Below, in pieces: positions 8,599 to 17,063 of a DNA stretch of 63,939 nt. This stretch comes from a virus (Duplodnaviria > Caudoviricetes), in the IMG/VR virus record IMGVR_UViG_3300046656_000719, positions 1-63,939 of that record, one strand, 5' to 3'. Each line of letters opens with the position of its first letter. The first letter of the stretch is position 1. A program made the translations under genes and the position numbers. The notes beneath the pieces are model-generated. The model was not told where the DNA came from and ran no database searches. It saw only the letters and a program-made list of their open reading frames with translations.

Positions 8599-8748
8599 AT
8601 GGTGTTCAAAAACAAGCGTGGTTCTCTCTGGGCCTGCACGTTCTGGGGGCGCGTGAAGTACCCCGCCCTGCGCCGGGCGCGGTTTCAGCAGGTAGACAAT
8701 GAGAAGTCTGCGTGGTGCAGGCGTTGGACGCAGAGGAAGGCTGGATGA
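8599..8748 (+). CDS. Small basic hypothetical protein (49 aa)
   Basis: ACTAGGAGG RBS; ATGA overlap with the next ORF. Confidence 0.45.
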   Translation: MVFKNKRGSLWACTFWGRVKYPALRRARFQQVDNEKSAWCRRWTQRKAG

Positions 8749-8969
8749 GGCGTAGCTCGCTCACCCGCGAGATGGCGGAGATGTGGACGGTGGTGTGCAT
8801 CTGCAACACCGGCAACATACTCCCCGTCAACACGCTGCTGCCCGGGCGCTTCGGGTTCGAGACACCGGAGGGGAAACCTCCGGTCGTCCTCCTGAACGGC
8901 GAGGTGGTGCGCGACCTCTTCGTCACGTATGACATTGACGATGCCAAGCGAGGACGTTACCTCGATTGA
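8745..8969 (+). CDS. Hypothetical protein
   Basis: GC3-rich ORF coupled to the upstream stop. Confidence 0.5.
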   Translation: MRRSSLTREMAEMWTVVCICNTGNILPVNTLLPGRFGFETPEGKPPVVLLNGEVVRDLFVTYDIDDAKRGRYLD

Positions 8970-8989
8970 ACGTACTAGGAGAAAGCAAC

Positions 8990-9280
8990 ATGTCTGAAGT
9001 CTTGACCAAGGGCACGACCGACCCTATAACCGAGGCGAACGAGCGGCTCCGTCGCATCGAGACCCGCCTCATGCGGGGCTTCGAAGAGATAGGGGTAGAC
9101 CTCTACGACCAGAAGGACTGGTTGACGGTGGACGAGTCCTCGCACACCATCTACGTGGCGACGCTGGGCCGGTCTATTCAGGTGATCAACAACACCGCGA
9201 AGAAGCAGGGCGCGCAGCTGGGCAAGTTGTACGACATCGTGTGGAGAGGGAAGGCGATGGCGAACGTGGAGATTTATTGA
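8990..9280 (+). CDS. Hypothetical protein
   Basis: ACTAGGAG RBS. Confidence 0.7.
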   Translation: MSEVLTKGTTDPITEANERLRRIETRLMRGFEEIGVDLYDQKDWLTVDESSHTIYVATLGRSIQVINNTAKKQGAQLGKLYDIVWRGKAMANVEIY

Positions 9281-9286
9281 ACGATC

Positions 9287-9304
9287 TTATTTTCGCGAAA
9301 ATAA
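9287..9304. promoter_or_regulatory. Palindromic site, copy 9
   Basis: Perfect 18-mer followed by ctttcgcttact. Confidence 0.9.
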
Positions 9305-9327
9305 CTTTCGCTTACTGGGAGCAAAGC

Positions 9328-10620
9328 ATGGCGAAGCGAACGCACTCACACTTGGAGCAGCGCATGGTCAACCTCGGCATGAACACCAAGCCGATGCGCA
9401 TGCTCGACAAGAAGACGGGCAAGGTGACCAACGTAGCCCCCGGCGAGGGGCAGCTGCACATGCCGATCAAGGCGCACGAGCGGCTTCACGATCTGCTGAA
9501 GCTGTCGAAGGAGGAGATCGAGACGCGCACCGAGTCGCTGCCGCTTCAGGTGACACTGAAGCGGCAGCCCCTCATGGCGGACAAGTTGCTGGCGCGCCAG
9601 CCTGCCGACTTCCCGGCCAAGCGCCGCGAGCAGGAGCGTATCCGCAACTACCTGCTGGAAGCGAAGCGGTTCGTGATGGACTACGACGGTGTGTGCTACG
9701 CCGCGGAGATCATCCGCAAGAACCCGGGCATGATCGCGAAGAACGTGGAGTTCGCCACGCCGCCGTTCCCGAGCATGTACATCGAGTTCTCCTTCTTGAC
9801 CTTCTACAAGGAGTTGACCGGGCGCGACCCGGATGAGTATGCCGATGCCACCATGGGCTACCTGATCCACGGCCCGCATGTCTTCGTCATCACCAATGGC
9901 CGGGGCGAGACCGACCCGGTCATCATGCCGTGGTACTACCACCTGAACAAGGTGTGGACGCTGCAGGAGGAGATCAATGCGTCCGAGTTGATGGGCACCT
10001 CGCGCGGGGGGCTCGATGCCTTCTTCTGGGGGGAGTCCTTCGACAAGCTCTCCGAGGACGAGCAGCGCACATTCAGGGCGCACCACTCGATGTGGATGCT
10101 GCCGGTGGCCGATGGAGGGGAGGAAGAAAGCGCGCTCGCGGTGCTGAGAAAGCTGTGGTCGAACGTCTACGATACTTCGGCCGGTGATCTGAGGAACATC
10201 ACGGCGTTGTTGTTACTACTCAATCGCAGCGGCAACGTGCGCTACGACGTTCCCATGGGCCCGCATCGGGCGATGATCCACAACAAACCCCGTGCCTTCC
10301 TCTCGCACTCGGTGGTGAAGTTCAAGCTGAACCCGGTGAAGCGCGTGCTGAAGGGCAGCGGCACCGGGCTCGGCGCGTGGCGAAGGGAGCATGACGTACG
10401 CGGCCACTACTGCCGGGATAAGTACGCACGTGCTGCGGAGGAACCCAAGCAGTGCTGCGCGAAGGATAAGTTCGACGAGCCCACGCACGATTGGAGGGAG
10501 TACGGGATCAACGAGTGGGCGTGCGTGAAGTGTAAAGGTCGAAAGTGGTGGCGCAAGGCGTGCAAGCGGGGAAGCAGGGACAAAGGGAAAGTTCTCAAAA
10601 CTTACGAGGTGACTGAATGA
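9328..10620 (+). CDS. Hypothetical 430-aa protein with C-terminal HDVRGH and Cys cluster
   Basis: GGGAG RBS; RREHDVRGHYCR, CC, CVKC. Confidence 0.75.
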   Translation: MAKRTHSHLEQRMVNLGMNTKPMRMLDKKTGKVTNVAPGEGQLHMPIKAHERLHDLLKLSKEEIETRTESLPLQVTLKRQPLMADKLLARQPADFPAKRREQERIRNYLLEAKRFVMDYDGVCYAAEIIRKNPGMIAKNVEFATPPFPSMYIEFSFLTFYKELTGRDPDEYADATMGYLIHGPHVFVITNGRGETDPVIMPWYYHLNKVWTLQEEINASELMGTSRGGLDAFFWGESFDKLSEDEQRTFRAHHSMWMLPVADGGEEESALAVLRKLWSNVYDTSAGDLRNITALLLLLNRSGNVRYDVPMGPHRAMIHNKPRAFLSHSVVKFKLNPVKRVLKGSGTGLGAWRREHDVRGHYCRDKYARAAEEPKQCCAKDKFDEPTHDWREYGINEWACVKCKGRKWWRKACKRGSRDKGKVLKTYEVTE

Positions 10621-10907
10621 GCGAAGAGGATACAACGAAGGGTCGCAAGTGGACGCCCAAGCAACGGGCGAAGTTCAAAGCAACCATGAAAGGGAAGGCC
10701 AATGGCCAACACCGACACAAAACCGCAACCGCGATTGGTCGTGAACAACGGGGCAACGAAGCCGGGGACATCCCGGCGGCAACGCTCGCTTACGCCATGG
10801 GGCGGATTGAAGCATGGGTCGAAGGCTATGCAGGAAGCGAGCACGTATCTGCGCGAACTCTTGCCTTCCGGCTGGGACAGCTACTTCAGCGTAAGGCGCG
10901 CGGGTAG
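10617..10907 (+). CDS. Hypothetical protein with basic N-terminus
   Basis: GAGG RBS; ATGA overlap. Confidence 0.55.
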   Translation: MSEEDTTKGRKWTPKQRAKFKATMKGKANGQHRHKTATAIGREQRGNEAGDIPAATLAYAMGRIEAWVEGYAGSEHVSARTLAFRLGQLLQRKARG

Positions 10908-11028
10908 CTACTACGGGCTCTACATCCAGTGCCCGGTGTGCTCCGAGATTCCTCCGCCGGAGGTTCAAGGCGCACGCCGCTGGCGCTGGCTGGCAGTGCA
11001 TATCACGAGGCATGAAAAGGACGACTGA
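10828..11028 (+). CDS. Small CPVC...HxxxH protein (start uncertain)
   Basis: C2H2-like ligands; fills a gap. Confidence 0.35.
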   Translation: MQEASTYLRELLPSGWDSYFSVRRAGSYYGLYIQCPVCSEIPPPEVQGARRWRWLAVHITRHEKDD

Positions 11029-11029
11029 C

Positions 11030-11434
11030 ATGGAGACATCGTTCGAAGATTTGCGTGGGCTGGTGCTGACCAACATCGAAGGTGCCTGCGAGCAGAGTGG
11101 CGAGGTGGTGCTGCGCGCGGACTTGGACCGGCGAGCGTTCCGCCTCTACCACCGGCAGGACTGCTGCGAGGGGGTCTACCTCACGGAGATCATCGGTGAC
11201 CCGGCCGACCTGCTGTTCACGCCGATCCTCGTGGCGGAGGAACTGGTGAACCCGCCTGACATGCCGGGGCGGGAGTATGCCGAGTCGTTCACGTGGACCT
11301 TCTACGAGCTACGCACCAAGAAGGGCACGGTGGTGCTGCGCTGGTACGGCAGCAGCAACGGCTACTACGGCGAGCGCGTGGACTTCGAAGAGGTTCCTCA
11401 CGAGTACAAGCTGGGAGACGACTACCGTGCTTGA
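11030..11434 (+). CDS. Conserved phage protein (HxQDCCE / SNGYY type)
   Basis: YHRQDCCEGV and RWYGSSNGYYG motifs. Confidence 0.7.
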   Translation: METSFEDLRGLVLTNIEGACEQSGEVVLRADLDRRAFRLYHRQDCCEGVYLTEIIGDPADLLFTPILVAEELVNPPDMPGREYAESFTWTFYELRTKKGTVVLRWYGSSNGYYGERVDFEEVPHEYKLGDDYRA

Positions 11435-11639
11435 CGACGAGGTGATGGCGCGCGGCAAGGCGCTGGCGGCAGGCTGCTGGTTCATGGGCGAGCCGCTGGA
11501 GTCGCTGACGCGCGAGGAGTTGATCGTGGTCGCGGCACTGGGCTGGGACGCCGAGCGGCGTGCCCGTGCCGAGGCTGCGAGCACGCGGGAGTTTCTGTTC
11601 GACACGCTGGGGGCACTGAAGCGCCCGGCGAAATCATAG
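11427..11639 (+). CDS. Hypothetical protein
   Basis: GGGAG RBS; GTG start. Confidence 0.55.
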   Translation: MLDDEVMARGKALAAGCWFMGEPLESLTREELIVVAALGWDAERRARAEAASTREFLFDTLGALKRPAKS

Positions 11640-11648
11640 GAGGCAACG

Positions 11649-11972
11649 ATGGACAAGACCGAGCAACTGTCATCATGGCTCAAGCCTACGCTGGACGGCG
11701 TGGCGCAGAACCGGCTCTACCCGGATACGTTCCACATCCCGAGCGAGGAAGCGAAGGAAAGCGTGCGCCCGGGGGACTTCGTGAAGGGCGCGTTCGGGGG
11801 CGACGAGGCCCAGCGCACCGAGCGCATGTGGGTGAAGGTGACCGAGGTGCATGAAGGGCTCATTCGCGGCACCTTGGACAACGACCCGCTGTTTCTGCCG
11901 GTGAAGCCGGGGGCGCTGGTGGAGATGGAGTTCCGCCACATCCTCGCCATCATGAAGCGGGGGGCGATGTGA
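11649..11972 (+). CDS. DUF2314/YegJ-like protein
   Basis: ERMWVKV...GTLDNDP motif; AGGAGG RBS. Confidence 0.6.
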   Translation: MDKTEQLSSWLKPTLDGVAQNRLYPDTFHIPSEEAKESVRPGDFVKGAFGGDEAQRTERMWVKVTEVHEGLIRGTLDNDPLFLPVKPGALVEMEFRHILAIMKRGAM

Positions 11973-12253
11973 GCGGCCCCTACGAAGTGGTACTGACCGA
12001 CGAGGATCTGCGCATCCAGCGCGAGGGCGCAGTCACCATCCACATGAGCGAGTTGGACCTTGCCCTGCTGAGAGAAGCGGCAGGCGAGTTCCTCTCCGCA
12101 CGTGGGTGGTGCGAGGAGGGCGTGCCTGCCTACGTGGCGCGGCGCTACGCCGAGGCGAGCCGGGAAGAGCAGGAGGCCCACACCAAGCGCGTCACCGAGC
12201 GCGTGGTGCGCATGCTGCACCTCATGGAGCACGTGCTGAAGGAGCCCGCGTGA
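11969..12253 (+). CDS. Hypothetical protein
   Basis: GTGA overlap; GC3-rich. Confidence 0.6.
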   Translation: MSGPYEVVLTDEDLRIQREGAVTIHMSELDLALLREAAGEFLSARGWCEEGVPAYVARRYAEASREEQEAHTKRVTERVVRMLHLMEHVLKEPA

Positions 12254-12381
12254 CCATAGCCCTGTGCCCCCGGTGCGGCCGAGTGATCGCGCTGCGCTTC
12301 CCGATCCACGATTGCAAGCCAACCAAGAACTTCCTGCGCCGTAAGCGGGCGCAGGCCAAACTCACTAGGAGAAAGAAATGA
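12250..12381 (+). CDS. Small CPRC...HDC zinc-ribbon, basic peptide
   Basis: AAGGAG RBS; overlaps neighbours at both ends. Confidence 0.45.
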   Translation: MTIALCPRCGRVIALRFPIHDCKPTKNFLRRKRAQAKLTRRKK

Positions 12382-12674
12382 ACCGCGAATACCAGATGAC
12401 GATTGACTTCCAGATGGGCGACTACGACGCCGAGCAGGCGCGGGACACCATGGTCGACATGGTACGCCGCATCATGGAGAGCTTTGCCGACGGGCCGGTG
12501 AGCGTGCGCTTCGAAACCGGGGCCGAGGTGCAGCCGACGCCCAGCTTGGCGAAGCGCGACGTCGCGGTCCTCGCCACGGCCCTGCGGGAATTGATGCAAG
12601 CAGCGCCGGGGCACACCGCGGCATGGCGAAACGCGGTCGCCGCGCTGCGGATCGCGGGGGTGACCCCGTCGTGA
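12378..12674 (+). CDS. Hypothetical protein
   Basis: ACTAGGAG RBS. Confidence 0.65.
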   Translation: MNREYQMTIDFQMGDYDAEQARDTMVDMVRRIMESFADGPVSVRFETGAEVQPTPSLAKRDVAVLATALRELMQAAPGHTAAWRNAVAALRIAGVTPS

Positions 12675-12901
12675 CCACCAAATCAACCAAGCCCGTGCGC
12701 CGGGAGACGTCCGCCTTGGTACGGGATCGAGGGCTGCGGCCCCTGATCGTTACGGTGCACCACGGGCTGCTCCTGCTGCGTGCGAAGGGACTGCGCCGCG
12801 AGGAGTCGCTCGATCTCGCCGGGTGCTACGCCATCGCCATCCTGCAACGGGTGGCGCGGGAGAAGGAAGAACGCAAGCGGAAGAAAAAGGAGCGGCGATG
12901 A
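12671..12901 (+). CDS. Small basic hypothetical protein
   Basis: GTGA overlap; Lys/Arg-rich tail. Confidence 0.55.
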   Translation: MTTKSTKPVRRETSALVRDRGLRPLIVTVHHGLLLLRAKGLRREESLDLAGCYAIAILQRVAREKEERKRKKKERR

Positions 12902-13050
12902 AGCGCGTAGTGGTGGACAGCTGGAATCCGTTCGACATGCGTCCTCGCACGCGCGCCCTGCAGGCTCTGTATATCGGGCTGCTGTGGGCTGCGCTGCTGG
13001 GGCTTCTGATGTTTCTGCTTGTCGGGACGATTCTAGGGGGGCGGGTATGA
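12898..13050 (+). CDS. Small membrane protein
   Basis: ALYIGLLWAALLGLLMFLLVGTIL hydrophobic helix; AAGGAG RBS. Confidence 0.55.
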   Translation: MKRVVVDSWNPFDMRPRTRALQALYIGLLWAALLGLLMFLLVGTILGGRV

Positions 13051-13271
13051 GAAACCTTGCGTACTGGCTGCGCAACCCGCTCGATGCCGACAGCCTGAAG
13101 GTGCTGCGCCGCATTGAGTGGGGCACCTTCCGCGGGCGCACGCCGAACGAGAAGTTCAACGCGGCGTATCTCATCGCGCGCGGCTGCGTGAAGTGGCCGC
13201 GCCAGCGGGCGCTGGTGGTGACCGACAAGGGCAAGGACGCCCTTGAATTTTTCAAAGGGGTGGGGCGATGA
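13047..13271 (+). CDS. Hypothetical protein, possibly winged helix
   Basis: LIARGCV...VVTDKGK pattern; ATGA overlaps. Confidence 0.5.
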   Translation: MRNLAYWLRNPLDADSLKVLRRIEWGTFRGRTPNEKFNAAYLIARGCVKWPRQRALVVTDKGKDALEFFKGVGR

Positions 13272-13780
13272 CGTTGAAGGTGCAACGAAGGCAGTGCTCC
13301 ACCTGCATCTTCCGACCGGACTCGCCGTTGAATTTAGCGGCGCTGCTGCGGGCGGTGGCGGACCCGCACATGGCGGGGTTTTTTCGGGGTTCCCGTATCT
13401 GCCACCACAGCAACGAGGCGGTGTGTGCCGGGTTTTGGGCGAGGTACAAGGACAAGTTCACCGTCGGGCAGGTCGCCCAGCGGTTAGACTTGGTTGAAGT
13501 GGTAGACCACGATACGCTGGAGGGACTGGGCAATGAGGCTGACATGGCTGCTCCTGTTGATGTGGGCGTGCGCGCAGCAGCCCCCGCCTCCGGTCAAGAC
13601 GGAGCCGTTCGTGGTGAACCCGGAACTGCTGAAGGGAAAGCGATGAGAGCAGCCGACAAGAAACTGGGTCGTCGTAAAGCGGGCACCTACGGGCGCACGC
13701 ATGGACCGTCCCGCGGCAACTCCAAGCGCGCGGCGAACAAGGCGGTGCGCAAGGCGGCTAGGTTATTTTCGCGAAAATAA
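13268..13780 (+). CDS. Cys-rich protein (CxxC...CH...CAG) with basic C-terminus; may be two genes
   Basis: QCSTCIFR, ICHH, VCAGF; basic segment starts at ATG 13643. Confidence 0.55.
   Translation: MTLKVQRRQCSTCIFRPDSPLNLAALLRAVADPHMAGFFRGSRICHHSNEAVCAGFWARYKDKFTVGQVAQRLDLVEVVDHDTLEGLGNEADMAAPVDVGVRAAAPASGQDGAVRGEPGTAEGKAMRAADKKLGRRKAGTYGRTHGPSRGNSKRAANKAVRKAARLFSRK
13763..13780. promoter_or_regulatory. Palindromic site, copy 10
   Basis: Perfect 18-mer ending in a stop codon, before an AAGGAG RBS. Confidence 0.9.
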
Positions 13781-13795
13781 GCCAAGGAGAGTGTT

Positions 13796-13936
13796 ATGAG
13801 AATCTACGTGCAGAGAAGGGGTCGAGGCAAGACCGGGACCGCCGGGATGTACACGCTGACGGCGCGGCAGGGGCGCATGGCGCGACGGGCGCGGCGCATG
13901 CTGCGCAAGGTGAAGCACCGGCTGCTGCCGCTATGA
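13796..13936 (+). CDS. Small Arg-rich protein (46 aa)
   Basis: AAGGAG RBS; ATGA overlap. Confidence 0.45.
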   Translation: MRIYVQRRGRGKTGTAGMYTLTARQGRMARRARRMLRKVKHRLLPL

Positions 13937-14406
13937 GCCTGCCCTACGAGAACGCCACCAGCGGCGACCGCGCGATCTCCGACATGGAGAAGACGCTACG
14001 GGTTTTCGGCTGCACCAAGTTTGGAAACATGATGGACTACGAGAACGGCATGCTGCTGGTGCACTTCGAATACCGGGGGCGCGCGGTGCAGGTGAAGGCG
14101 AGCATCGGGGGCTACGCGGCGGCGTGGCTGAAGCACCATCCCTACAGCAACCGCGTGCGCACCAGCAAGATCGAGCACGAGAGGAAGGCCAAGGCCGTCG
14201 CGGGCGTGGCGATTTACTCCATGCTGCGCGACTGGATCAAGGGGCAGGTGACTGCCGTGGAGACGGGCATCCTGTCCTTCGAAGGGGCGTTCCTCGGCCA
14301 GATCCTGTTGCCCACGGGCAAGACGGTGTTCGAAACCGTGCAGGCCCAGAACCTGCTCCCCGCGCCGCCCGAGGAGCGCGTGGTGCAGATCGAGAGGAAG
14401 TCATGA
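13933..14406 (+). CDS. Conserved hypothetical phage protein
   Basis: 157 aa; LRDWIKGQVTAVE...FEGAFL. Confidence 0.75.
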   Translation: MSLPYENATSGDRAISDMEKTLRVFGCTKFGNMMDYENGMLLVHFEYRGRAVQVKASIGGYAAAWLKHHPYSNRVRTSKIEHERKAKAVAGVAIYSMLRDWIKGQVTAVETGILSFEGAFLGQILLPTGKTVFETVQAQNLLPAPPEERVVQIERKS

Positions 14407-14675
14407 AGGGAACCTACGATCCCAATGAAACGCCCGAGCAGCTGGCGGCGCGTCTGGTCAAGATTCAGAAGTTCGTCGACGAGGTGAACAAGCAGGCCGG
14501 TATCACGGTGCACGTGCTGCTCTCCGGGCTGCCGCTGTGCCGTTTCTCGATCCAGATGCCCGTCGACTGGCCCCCGGGGCACCGCTGGGTGAGCCTGCAC
14601 AACCCGGAGATGGCGAACTGCGAGGGGTGTCTCGTGCTGGTGAAGCAGATGAAAGGAGGCGGTGATGGAGCCTGA
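14403..14675 (+). CDS. Hypothetical protein
   Basis: GAGG RBS; CEGC. Confidence 0.55.
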   Translation: MKGTYDPNETPEQLAARLVKIQKFVDEVNKQAGITVHVLLSGLPLCRFSIQMPVDWPPGHRWVSLHNPEMANCEGCLVLVKQMKGGGDGA

Positions 14676-15000
14676 TGAGGAACTAAGCGCGATCCGCGAG
14701 GCGCTCCGAACCACCTTTGCCGAGTTGTACGAGGGCGCGGAGATTCAGGTGCCGCCGGTCAAGGCCATCGCCATGCTGAAGGACGACGTCCTGTGCGGGC
14801 GCGACAACTGGCGCATGACGCACAACGGCTACCTACGCCTCGACAAGATCCGCTTGGACCTGCAGGCGGCGTTGAATTTCGAAGTGAAGAACAGCGCCGA
14901 ACTGGTGGACCGCGTGGTGGCCCTGAAGGCATGCGTGGCCGGGCTGGAGCAACGGTTGATGAAGCTCGCCAGCGCGTCGCTGTCGGGAGAGATGCCATGA
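14665..15000 (+). CDS. Hypothetical coiled-coil protein
   Basis: GGAGG RBS. Confidence 0.6.
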   Translation: MEPDEELSAIREALRTTFAELYEGAEIQVPPVKAIAMLKDDVLCGRDNWRMTHNGYLRLDKIRLDLQAALNFEVKNSAELVDRVVALKACVAGLEQRLMKLASASLSGEMP

Positions 15001-15173
15001 ACCGGATCGACCCGCAGGTGATGGCCAAGCACGCGGAGATCGACCGGCTGTTCGAGGCGTTCTTCGCAGCCGGGCCACTGAGCGAAGAGGAATGCGAGCG
15101 GCATATGGCGGGCATTACCAAGGAACTGCAGACGCTCGTTGCGCTCGCTGCGCTGCAAGAGGGGGAAGCATGA
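14997..15173 (+). CDS. Hypothetical protein
   Basis: ATGA overlaps at both ends. Confidence 0.5.
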   Translation: MNRIDPQVMAKHAEIDRLFEAFFAAGPLSEEECERHMAGITKELQTLVALAALQEGEA

Positions 15174-15760
15174 ACCTGCAGGGGCGTATCGACAACTACG
15201 TGCGGGAGACGGGCTACCCCCGTTCGCTCTTCATCTCGGACGACGAGCGCATCGTGGGCACGTGGATCATGGGCAACGATTATCGCGTGGTGAACGGCTA
15301 CTACGGGGGGTACCCTCACGGCTATCTGCGCCGCATCAAAGCCTTGTTCCCCGACGCCGCCGCGGGGAAGGTGCTGCACCTCTTCAGCGGCAAGGTTGAG
15401 CAGAGCGTGATCCCGGGCGATACGGTGGACATCAACTCGGTGTTCGCGCCGACCTACGTGGACGATGCACAGTCGCTCTCGTGGGTGCCGGTGGCGAACT
15501 ACGACCTGATCCTGTGCGACCCGCCCTACAGCATCGAGGATGCCGACCACTATGCCACCACCATGGTGAAGCGCAACAAGGTGATGCGCACCTTGGGCGC
15601 GCGGATGCATGCCGGGGCATTCGTGGTGTGGCTGGACCAAGTGCTCCCCATGTATCGAAAAGATGACTTCGACATCCGGGCCGTGATTGGCATGGTGAAA
15701 TCAACTAATCACAGATTCCGGGTCATAACGGTGTTCGAAAAGAGGGAGGGGGCGTGCTGA
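15170..15760 (+). CDS. Orphan amino (N6A/N4C) methyltransferase
   Basis: VLHLFSG (SAM-binding motif I-like) and DLILCDPPY (catalytic motif IV). Confidence 0.75.
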   Translation: MNLQGRIDNYVRETGYPRSLFISDDERIVGTWIMGNDYRVVNGYYGGYPHGYLRRIKALFPDAAAGKVLHLFSGKVEQSVIPGDTVDINSVFAPTYVDDAQSLSWVPVANYDLILCDPPYSIEDADHYATTMVKRNKVMRTLGARMHAGAFVVWLDQVLPMYRKDDFDIRAVIGMVKSTNHRFRVITVFEKREGAC

Positions 15761-15936
15761 AGATACTGGTCTCAATCGAGCAGGTGGCGCGGGAGGGCGA
15801 CGACGCGCAGCTGAAGGTGAGCATGGAGGGCGTCGACGAGGCGACCGCCTCGCTGGTGGAGCACATGTTCGGCCAGCTGCTGCGTGAGGTGGTCGCGCGC
15901 TGCATCGAAGACTGCAAGAACTACAAGCCACACTAG
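15754..15936 (+). CDS. Hypothetical protein
   Basis: GGAGG RBS; GTG start. Confidence 0.5.
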   Translation: MLKILVSIEQVAREGDDAQLKVSMEGVDEATASLVEHMFGQLLREVVARCIEDCKNYKPH

Positions 15937-15946
15937 GGGCTACGCG

Positions 15947-16135
15947 ATGACACCGATCATCCCGCCCGCTATTCCCGCGAAAATAAGCGAGGAGCCGATC
16001 TACATCCAAGGGCTGCGGGCGCTGCGCGGCAGCAAGACGACGGCGCTGAACGAGGCGCTCGACTGGATCGACACGCTGAAGGCGCGGGCGCTGCTGGGCA
16101 GGTACGGGGAAAAGCATGCAGAACCCGGCGCGTGA
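15947..16135 (+). CDS. Hypothetical protein
   Basis: Packed ORF containing a palindrome variant. Confidence 0.45.
   Translation: MTPIIPPAIPAKISEEPIYIQGLRALRGSKTTALNEALDWIDTLKARALLGRYGEKHAEPGA
15969..15986. promoter_or_regulatory. Palindromic site, copy 11 (variant, inside CDS)
   Basis: ctattcccgcgaaaataa. Confidence 0.65.
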
Positions 16136-16340
16136 CACCTCGCATGGCAAGCGGTGCCCCGCCTGCCGTTCGCTCGGCTGGAGAGACGGCTCAACGAAAG
16201 CGGGCACGCCGCAGTACCGGTGCCCGAACGAGGCATGCAGGCGCACGGCGTTCAGCGAAACTACAGCCTACGTGGACCCCGGGCAGGTGGCGGGGCGTTT
16301 GAGCTACCGAGGTTTGTCAGGATGGGGTGGGTTGTGGTAA
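16116..16340 (+). CDS. InsA-like zinc-ribbon protein
   Basis: CPAC...RDGSTKAGTPQYRCPNEACRR resembles the IS1 InsA zinc ribbon. Confidence 0.45.
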   Translation: MQNPARDTSHGKRCPACRSLGWRDGSTKAGTPQYRCPNEACRRTAFSETTAYVDPGQVAGRLSYRGLSGWGGLW

Positions 16341-16376
16341 AGTGGTGTTCCACTTAGAGATCAGGGGTCTACCGCT

Positions 16377-16661
16377 ATGAGTGCACCATTCCAAGGGATG
16401 ACGGACGCCCTTTACGCGCTGCTGAACAACCGCGACGCGTGCTCGGTCACCGTTTATCTGAGCCCGAAATACCGCGTGACGGCGAGCTACACGCGCAAAC
16501 CGGGCAACCACCACCTCGGCAGGACGGTGGCGATTACGTATGGGAAGCTGAACTGGGCCGGGCGCTTGTTCGTGGCGAAATACAAGCGCCGCAACGAGAC
16601 CCTGCCGGTCAACGAACCACAGTTCAAACCGTGGCCCAAGCCACGCAACAGGAGAAAGTAA
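16377..16661 (+). CDS. Basic hypothetical protein
   Basis: 94-aa ORF in the operon. Confidence 0.55.
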   Translation: MSAPFQGMTDALYALLNNRDACSVTVYLSPKYRVTASYTRKPGNHHLGRTVAITYGKLNWAGRLFVAKYKRRNETLPVNEPQFKPWPKPRNRRK

Positions 16662-16867
16662 TGAAGCCACCCTTGATGATGTCCACCTACGTGTGCGGCG
16701 AGTGCGGCATCCAGATGCTGATGGACCGGCCCAAGCCCGAGTCGCTGCGTGCTACCACGAAGTCGCAGCGAATCACCTGCCACACCGCGGACTGCGCGCA
16801 GCGCGGGGAGACGTTCACGGTGCTGCTGGCCGAGGCGCTGGTCGCCACGGAGGCGAGCGATGGCTAA
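16661..16867 (+). CDS. Small zinc-finger protein
   Basis: CGEC...CHTADC; AGGAG RBS. Confidence 0.55.
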   Translation: MKPPLMMSTYVCGECGIQMLMDRPKPESLRATTKSQRITCHTADCAQRGETFTVLLAEALVATEASDG

Positions 16868-17063
16868 GCGATCAACCGACTGGATGACTGTGCGTGGTAT
16901 CAAGGAGGTGGGCGATGTGCCTGCGCGCGGAGCCGTGGCCGGGCTGTGGACGCGCTCGTTGGATATCGTGATCCGTGAACAGGGCAACCGCGAGCTACGG
17001 CTTCGCATGACGACGAAGAACGCCCGGCTGCTGCGCGACATGCTGGTGGTGGCCCTGTCATGA
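16860..17063 (+). CDS. Hypothetical protein
   Basis: GGAGG RBS. Confidence 0.5.
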   Translation: MAKRSTDWMTVRGIKEVGDVPARGAVAGLWTRSLDIVIREQGNRELRLRMTTKNARLLRDMLVVALS

